Below the pieces are notes generated by a model. That model was not told the DNA's origin. It did not search any database and worked only from the letters and a program-made list of their open reading frames with translations. Source: Nitrosopumilus sp. (GTDB lineage Archaea; Thermoproteota; Nitrososphaeria; Nitrososphaerales; Nitrosopumilaceae). Taken from it: 64,000 bases of DNA. How positions within the stretch are numbered: position 1 is the stretch's first letter; the number at the start of each line of letters is the position of its first letter. This document shows positions 58,720 to 64,000 of this stretch, in pieces. The position numbers and the translations under genes were made by a program. The stretch is taken from positions 1 through 64,000 of the forward strand of contig OZ245040.1 of assembly GCA_965224195.1 (NCBI GenBank). Direction: 5' to 3'.

Positions 58720-59084
58720 ATGCCAAGAATTTCATGGTTTGATGTTCCAGTTGATAATCCAGAAAGAGCACAAAAGTTCTACAGTGATGTGTTTGACTGG
58801 AAATTTGAGAAATGGGATGGACCAATGGATTATTGGATGGCAAAAACTGGAACCGAAGAGCCAGGAATTGATGGAGGAATGTCAAAAAAAATGCCAGGTC
58901 AAATGGGAATGACAAATACGATTACTGTTCCATCAGTGGATGAATTTGCAAAGAAAATCACCGAAAACGGAGGACATTTGCTTATTCCAAAAATGGCAAT
59001 TCTAAAAATAGGATGGTTTGCTCAATGTACAGATACAGAAGGGATATGTTTGGCATCATAGAAATGGATGAAAAAGCAGAGTAA
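58720..59084 (+). pseudogene. VOC/glyoxalase-family protein with a C-terminal 1-nt frameshift
   Basis: WFDVP...RAQKFYSDVFDW; DTEG continues as (N)MFGIIEMDEKAE* only in a shifted frame. Confidence 0.7.
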
Positions 59085-59125
59085 TACCACCTAAATTAAT
59101 AATCAGAAAGATTACAAATTTTCAA

Positions 59126-59542
59126 TTGAGTTACAAGTTTTTAGATCATGCAACTGATGCCATTATAGAGGTTACAGCTAAAGATCTAAAAGAAGCATTT
59201 TCAGTAGCAGCAGATGCAGAAATCAATCTAACATTAGATCAAGATAAAATAGAAGAGAAAAGCCAAAAACAATTCTCTGCCAATGGAAAAGATTTACGTT
59301 ATCTTTTGTTTAGTTGGCTAGAAGAAATACCATTTGTCCTAATCACAGAAGGGTTTGCAATTAAAAGAATAGAATTTGATATTGAAGAAAAGGATGGATA
59401 TAAAATCAATGCTACAGCTTATGGAGAACCATTAGATGTAAAAAAACATAATTTCAAAGTTGAGATAAAGGCACCCACATTTTATGAAATGGAGATTAAT
59501 CAAAATGACGGAGTATATATGAAATTCTTGCTTGATCTATAG
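59126..59542 (+). CDS. Archease
   Basis: YKFLDHATD, EIKAPTFY, FLLDL. Confidence 0.93.
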   Translation: MSYKFLDHATDAIIEVTAKDLKEAFSVAADAEINLTLDQDKIEEKSQKQFSANGKDLRYLLFSWLEEIPFVLITEGFAIKRIEFDIEEKDGYKINATAYGEPLDVKKHNFKVEIKAPTFYEMEINQNDGVYMKFLLDL

Positions 59543-59621
59543 GAAGGGTGAAATATTATTCTCAAATCTATAGAACAAATTAGTCGTATTTTTTAAAAGC
59601 CAAAGTCACAAAATTATAATT

Positions 59622-60734
59622 ATGAAAACGCAGATAGGGATTTTGGCAGTATTTTCATTATTTTTCCTAATGTTTTCTCCAGCTTATGCTGTTGTTACTT
59701 CAATGACTCTAGAAAAGAGCTTTTACGTTGATGAAGAAAATATGGTATTTGTTGGAACTCAAAATGGTACAGAAGTTATTTTTGTCATAATTCGTGATAG
59801 TAGAGGAAACTTTGAGGGAATGCTATCAGATCCAACTCCTCAACAAGGAGAGTTTTCAGTAATTCCAAGACCAGTATCAAGTTTCTTCAAGAGTGAAGGA
59901 ATCTATAATGCAACTGGATTTGTAGATGCACAACAAGAAAAAGATGGTTTTACAATCAAATTAGAATATGATGGAAATAAAGTGTTTATTGTTCCAGATG
60001 CAATTTTACAATTAAATTCAATTTCAGATAAAATTGTTGAAGTAGAAAAAACAATTACATTTACTGCTAGTATTAGTGATGGTTCAATTAAAAACCCAAT
60101 TTTTAGTTTAAAGAATGAACCAACAGGTGCAACAATTAATTCAAACACTGGGAAATTTATCTGGACTCCATCTAAATCACAAGGCAATATCCAAGATGTA
60201 ATTTACAATTTTGATATCATTGTAACACATGGAAGTCAAGAAGACAAGGAATCAATCAAAATTACATTAAAACAAGCTTATGTTGAACCAGTAAATGAAC
60301 CAAAACAAACTACTCCTGAACCGCTACAAATACCAGCATCGTTTGTAGATGAAACTAAAGATCCACAAAGCTATGTTGATAGATATACCAATGAATCTAG
60401 TTACAAGAAATGGTTTGATGATAACTTTGCAGAGTATGATTCAATTTACCAAGCAGTAGGATTAGAACAGCCACTACAAATACCAGCATCGTTTGTAGAT
60501 GAAACTAAAGATCCACAAAGCTATGTTGATAGATATACCAATGAATCTAGTTACAAGAAATGGTTTGATGATAACTTTGCAGAGTATGATTCTATTTACC
60601 AAGCAGTAGGATTAGAACAGCCAAAGGTAGAAGAGAAGAAATTTGGTATTTGTGGTCCTGGAACAAAATTAATTGATAATGTTTGTACAATTGTAGAAAG
60701 ACCTGTAGTAAAGCCATGGTGGCAATTTTGGTAA
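59622..60734 (+). CDS. Secreted Ig-like-domain protein with a duplicated 50-aa C-terminal repeat
   Basis: Signal peptide; PTGATINSNTGKFIWTP Ig-like motif; PASFVDETKDPQSYVDRY...AVGLE twice; ends PWWQFW. Confidence 0.85.
   Translation: MKTQIGILAVFSLFFLMFSPAYAVVTSMTLEKSFYVDEENMVFVGTQNGTEVIFVIIRDSRGNFEGMLSDPTPQQGEFSVIPRPVSSFFKSEGIYNATGFVDAQQEKDGFTIKLEYDGNKVFIVPDAILQLNSISDKIVEVEKTITFTASISDGSIKNPIFSLKNEPTGATINSNTGKFIWTPSKSQGNIQDVIYNFDIIVTHGSQEDKESIKITLKQAYVEPVNEPKQTTPEPLQIPASFVDETKDPQSYVDRYTNESSYKKWFDDNFAEYDSIYQAVGLEQPLQIPASFVDETKDPQSYVDRYTNESSYKKWFDDNFAEYDSIYQAVGLEQPKVEEKKFGICGPGTKLIDNVCTIVERPVVKPWWQFW
60321..60623. repeat. 150-bp near-perfect tandem duplication within the CDS
   Basis: Units begin at 60321 and 60471. 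Confidence 0.93.
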
Positions 60735-60781
60735 TAAATTAAAAGCTAAGTTTTAATCACAATAGTTTTTTTCAGTAAACA

Positions 60782-60928
60782 ATGGGTAAACTAGCAAGAA
60801 ATCTTAGAATTTGTGGAGAATGTGGAATTGCATATACTTCTGTTAGTTTTACCAAATACATTGATCAGTGCCCAATTTGTAAATCTAGAAGATTTGAGGC
60901 AATTCCAATAAAAATAGAAGACGATTAG
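60782..60928 (+). CDS. Small zinc-ribbon protein (48 aa, below the ORF cutoff)
   Basis: MGKLARNLRICGECG...QCPICKSRRFE. Confidence 0.7.
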   Translation: MGKLARNLRICGECGIAYTSVSFTKYIDQCPICKSRRFEAIPIKIEDD

Positions 60929-60972
60929 TTTTTCAGCATAGATTTTTTAGTAGAACAGATTTTTGATACATA

Positions 60973-61374
60973 TTGTCTGAAGACCCAGAAATTGCAAAAA
61001 TTATGCAAAGAAAAATGGAGGAGATGCTCAAGCCAAAACCAGAGCCCAAAATTGAACCTGGAATTATTGATTTGAACGACTCTAATTTTGATCAAATAAT
61101 ATCAGCTGAGAATCCAACTCTGGTAGATTTTTGGGCAGAGTGGTGTGGTCCTTGCAAATCTATGCATCCAATATTTGAGAGTCTCGCAAAAAAATATCCA
61201 AATGTAAAATTTGCAAGAGTTAACGTTGATCAAAATCAAAATATCTCAACAAAGTATACAGTACAATCAATTCCTACATTCATCATGTTCAAGTCTGGAC
61301 AAATTATAGATAAGATGATGGGGGCAGTAGGTGCACCTGGAATTCATATGATTTGTAAAAAACACTCTAGTTAG
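60973..61374 (+). CDS. trxA: Thioredoxin
   Basis: DFWAEWCGPC and SIPT. Confidence 0.93.
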   Translation: MSEDPEIAKIMQRKMEEMLKPKPEPKIEPGIIDLNDSNFDQIISAENPTLVDFWAEWCGPCKSMHPIFESLAKKYPNVKFARVNVDQNQNISTKYTVQSIPTFIMFKSGQIIDKMMGAVGAPGIHMICKKHSS

Positions 61375-63152
61375 TAACCATACACTGGTTCAATTTCTCT
61401 TTGAATTTTTACAATATCATTAAACACTTCTTGTTCTTCAGGACTTAGTTTGTGCATGAATTTTTGGAGAATTTGTTTTGCTTCATGTGATGGTGGAAAT
61501 GTATAGTATACTTCTTCTTCAAATATTTGTCTACCAATTGTAACATCTTTTACAGAACATGCAACCTCATCTCCTGTTTTTGCAGTCGACACAGTTTTTT
61601 TGTCTAATTGCAGTTGATGTATGTATCCAACCTTATGTCCCTTCATATTCATAAATGGAATTTTGTGTTTTAGATTTCCAACATCAACACGAACACCGAA
61701 CACTGCAGGATTATTATTTCTAAATACCATTCCTTTCATGAATGAAAATTTTGATACCGGTGTTAACTCTGCAAACGTTGCATCTTCTTCATTTGCAGAA
61801 TCTTCTTCTACCCAAGCGTTATAGTTGTCAATTAAACTGTAAATTACTTTGTCCTCAAATAATTTGATGTGACTTGTTTCTGATTCATCTTGTGCATCTT
61901 CTAATAATTTTACATTAAATGCCAAAACAACACCCAGATGTCTGTCTTTTTCTTTGATAGCTTTGGCTTCAATTATATTTCGTCTAGTTACAGGACCAAT
62001 GTCAGCTTTTGCAACAGGAACTTGAGAGCGCTTTAGCATCTCCATAATAGCCTCAAGAGAGCCTATAGTATCGCATTTTAGAATAACTCCATTAGTTTCA
62101 GTATCAACAAATACAGATTTCATCTCAGACTCAATTAATTGTGTGTATTTTACAATTTCCTCATCATTTGATGCAACATAAAGAGTACTTCCTGGAAGAA
62201 CTCCCTCAAGATCAGGTGATGCAATTTTGAATCCAGCTGCTGCCGCCACTTGAGAAACAGGTTTGAATTTATCACGAGGATCACGCATCTCATCAAGGGG
62301 TTTTGGTAAAAGTAATGCCTTGGGTTTTGTAACAATTACACCATCACGTTTTGCAACTACAATGCTGTTTTCTTTTTTAATAATACCATCAATTAGAATT
62401 ACATTTGTAGTTTGGCCTAATCCGACTTCATCTTTTACTTCAAGTACAATTCCATGTGGTTCTTTTTCATCTTGATTTAATCTATTTTGTAGATACTGTT
62501 GTGTCAAACCAACTAAAACACTGAGTAGTTCAGGAATACCAACTCCAGAACGAGCAGAGATTGGAACTATAGCAATTTCTGATTTAAAGTCCTCGATACG
62601 GTAAAATGCTTCAGATTTGTATCCCAAAATGGATAAAGTTCCAACAACATCATACACTTTTTGATCCAAATCAGCTTGAATTGATGCATCTTGTTCTTTG
62701 ATTGATTGTGAAATGAACTTAGTTTCAGACTTTCGCCATCCAGAGATTTGATCACATTTGTTTAGTGCAACAACAAATGGGACTTTTCTACTTTGTAAAA
62801 TTTTTAAGCTTTCATTTGTTTGTGGTTGAAATCCACGATTAACATCAACTACTAGTATTGCAATATCAGCAGCAGAACCACCTCTTGAACGAAGATTTGT
62901 AAACACTTCGTGTCCAGGTGTATCAATTACTAATAGACCAGGAACTTTATTTTCTGCTTGTTCTAGTTTTTTGTATAGAGGACCACACATTTCTTTAATG
63001 GTTTCAGTTGGAAGAAAACTTGCACCAATATGTTGAGTAATTCCACCTGCTTCTCTGCCTTGAACACCTGTTCCACGAATTCTATCTAAAAGAGATGTTT
63101 TTCCAGAGTCTACGTGACCAAGAACTGCCACTATGGGCTGACGAATTTGCAA
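61371..63152 (-). CDS. infB: Translation initiation factor aIF5B/IF-2
   Basis: GHVDSGKT, EAGGITQHIGA, DTPGHE, NKCD. Confidence 0.97.
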   Translation of the reverse strand: MQIRQPIVAVLGHVDSGKTSLLDRIRGTGVQGREAGGITQHIGASFLPTETIKEMCGPLYKKLEQAENKVPGLLVIDTPGHEVFTNLRSRGGSAADIAILVVDVNRGFQPQTNESLKILQSRKVPFVVALNKCDQISGWRKSETKFISQSIKEQDASIQADLDQKVYDVVGTLSILGYKSEAFYRIEDFKSEIAIVPISARSGVGIPELLSVLVGLTQQYLQNRLNQDEKEPHGIVLEVKDEVGLGQTTNVILIDGIIKKENSIVVAKRDGVIVTKPKALLLPKPLDEMRDPRDKFKPVSQVAAAAGFKIASPDLEGVLPGSTLYVASNDEEIVKYTQLIESEMKSVFVDTETNGVILKCDTIGSLEAIMEMLKRSQVPVAKADIGPVTRRNIIEAKAIKEKDRHLGVVLAFNVKLLEDAQDESETSHIKLFEDKVIYSLIDNYNAWVEEDSANEEDATFAELTPVSKFSFMKGMVFRNNNPAVFGVRVDVGNLKHKIPFMNMKGHKVGYIHQLQLDKKTVSTAKTGDEVACSVKDVTIGRQIFEEEVYYTFPPSHEAKQILQKFMHKLSPEEQEVFNDIVKIQREIEPVYGY

Positions 63153-63158
63153 ACCAGA

Positions 63159-63560
63159 TCACTCAAATGCTACCCTCGATTCGTGATCAAAACTTTCTTG
63201 TGAATCCGATGCGTGAATAATATTCTCACTAAATCCTAATCCAAAGTCTCCTCTAATAGAGCCAGGTTCTGCTTCAAATGATTTTGTTGCACCAATCATA
63301 ATTCTTGTAGTAGCAATTGCATTGTTTCCTTCAATAATAGCAGCTACAGCAGGTCCTGATGTGATAAATGATGTTAACTCGCCAAAGAATGGTTTGTCTT
63401 TGTGAACACCATAGAAATTTTCAGCTTGTGCTTGAGTAAATGTGAACATCTTTAGTTTCAAAAGTTTGAATCCTTTTTTTTCAAATCTTGTTACAACCTC
63501 ACCAACTAGATTTCTAGCTACAGCATCCGGCTTTACAATGAATAAAGATTGTTCAGTCAA
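63159..63560 (-). CDS. ndk: Nucleoside diphosphate kinase
   Basis: IVKPDAV, PGSIRGDF, NIIHASDS. Confidence 0.97.
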   Translation of the reverse strand: MTEQSLFIVKPDAVARNLVGEVVTRFEKKGFKLLKLKMFTFTQAQAENFYGVHKDKPFFGELTSFITSGPAVAAIIEGNNAIATTRIMIGATKSFEAEPGSIRGDFGLGFSENIIHASDSQESFDHESRVAFE

Positions 63561-63562
63561 TT

Positions 63563-63763
63563 CTACTTCTTTCTAATTCCGCCTTTAACGTATTTTTTAG
63601 TCCACTTTAGTTTTCTTGGATCACGTTTTAGGACTAGTGCATTCTTTTTGCATTTTGCAGAACAGAACCATTGAACTGTTCCATCATTTTTAGCAAACAT
63701 AGTACCAGATCCTTTTGCAACTGGTCTATCACAGAAATGACATGGTTTAACTAAAAGACTCAT
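63563..63763 (-). CDS. rpl24e: 50S ribosomal protein L24e
   Basis: CHFC...G.GTMF...FCSAKC...PRKLKWT. Confidence 0.95.
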   Translation of the reverse strand: MSLLVKPCHFCDRPVAKGSGTMFAKNDGTVQWFCSAKCKKNALVLKRDPRKLKWTKKYVKGGIRKK

Positions 63764-63771
63764 CTTAACAC

Positions 63772-63981
63772 CTAATGAATTTTCTTTGCTTCTCTCTCAG
63801 TTTCTCTTAGCATTAGAATTTCTCCCATTCTAACAGAACCTTTGACGTTTCTTGTAAGAATTCTACCTTTATCCTTACCAGTAAGAACTTTAACTCTAAC
63901 TTGAATTACTTCACCGGCAATGCCAGTTCTACCAACAATTTGAATAATTTCAGATTGAACTACTTCAGCGTTTTGACTCAT
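63772..63981 (-). CDS. rps28e: 30S ribosomal protein S28e
   Basis: [14 protein letters not shown]...RNVKG...ETEREA. Confidence 0.96.
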   Translation of the reverse strand: MSQNAEVVQSEIIQIVGRTGIAGEVIQVRVKVLTGKDKGRILTRNVKGSVRMGEILMLRETEREAKKIH

Positions 63982-64000
63982 TCTTCAGTCTTACCGCCTT
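63978..64000 (-). CDS. 3' end of the upstream gene, probably ribosomal protein L7Ae
   Basis: GGKTEE* with an ATGA overlap onto rps28e; identity inferred only from the conserved archaeal order rpl7ae-rps28e-rpl24e-ndk. Confidence 0.45.

Overview
AT-rich chromosomal window from a Nitrosopumilus-like ammonia-oxidising archaeon (Nitrososphaerota). The assignment rests on archaeal core genes: alba, hel308-mcm-gins/rfcS, aIF6, hisS, archease, aIF5B-ndk-rpl24e-rps28e, tRNA-Ala(GGC) and tRNA-Ser(TGA). The left end holds the 5' part of a GC-rich giant FG-GAP/integrin-like surface-protein gene that the ORF track misses because it runs off the window. The centre (~27.4-44.85 kb) is an accessory island bounded on the right by a probable integrase remnant. 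It carries a complete DNA phosphorothioation operon (dndB-C-D-E-A). Directly downstream on the same strand is a tightly coupled six-gene cassette: SNF2 helicase, unknown partner, ParB/Srx-HTH protein, unknown protein, beta-CASP MBL nuclease and Apea-like HEPN. This cassette does not look like dndFGH or pbeABCD and is the best candidate for an undescribed phosphorothioate-linked defence effector module; its two nucleases appear to be decaying. Other observations: a convergent mosaic gene carrying a copy of the ParB HTH region, a 1.1-kb transposase-free, virus-like insertion splitting a pirin gene between 7-bp direct repeats, seven GATC sites in 97 bp in the gins/rfcS divergent promoter, a candidate ncRNA, and many accessory pseudogenes beside intact core genes, suggesting a host-associated, eroding genome. 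All assignments come from reading motifs by eye; no database search was run.
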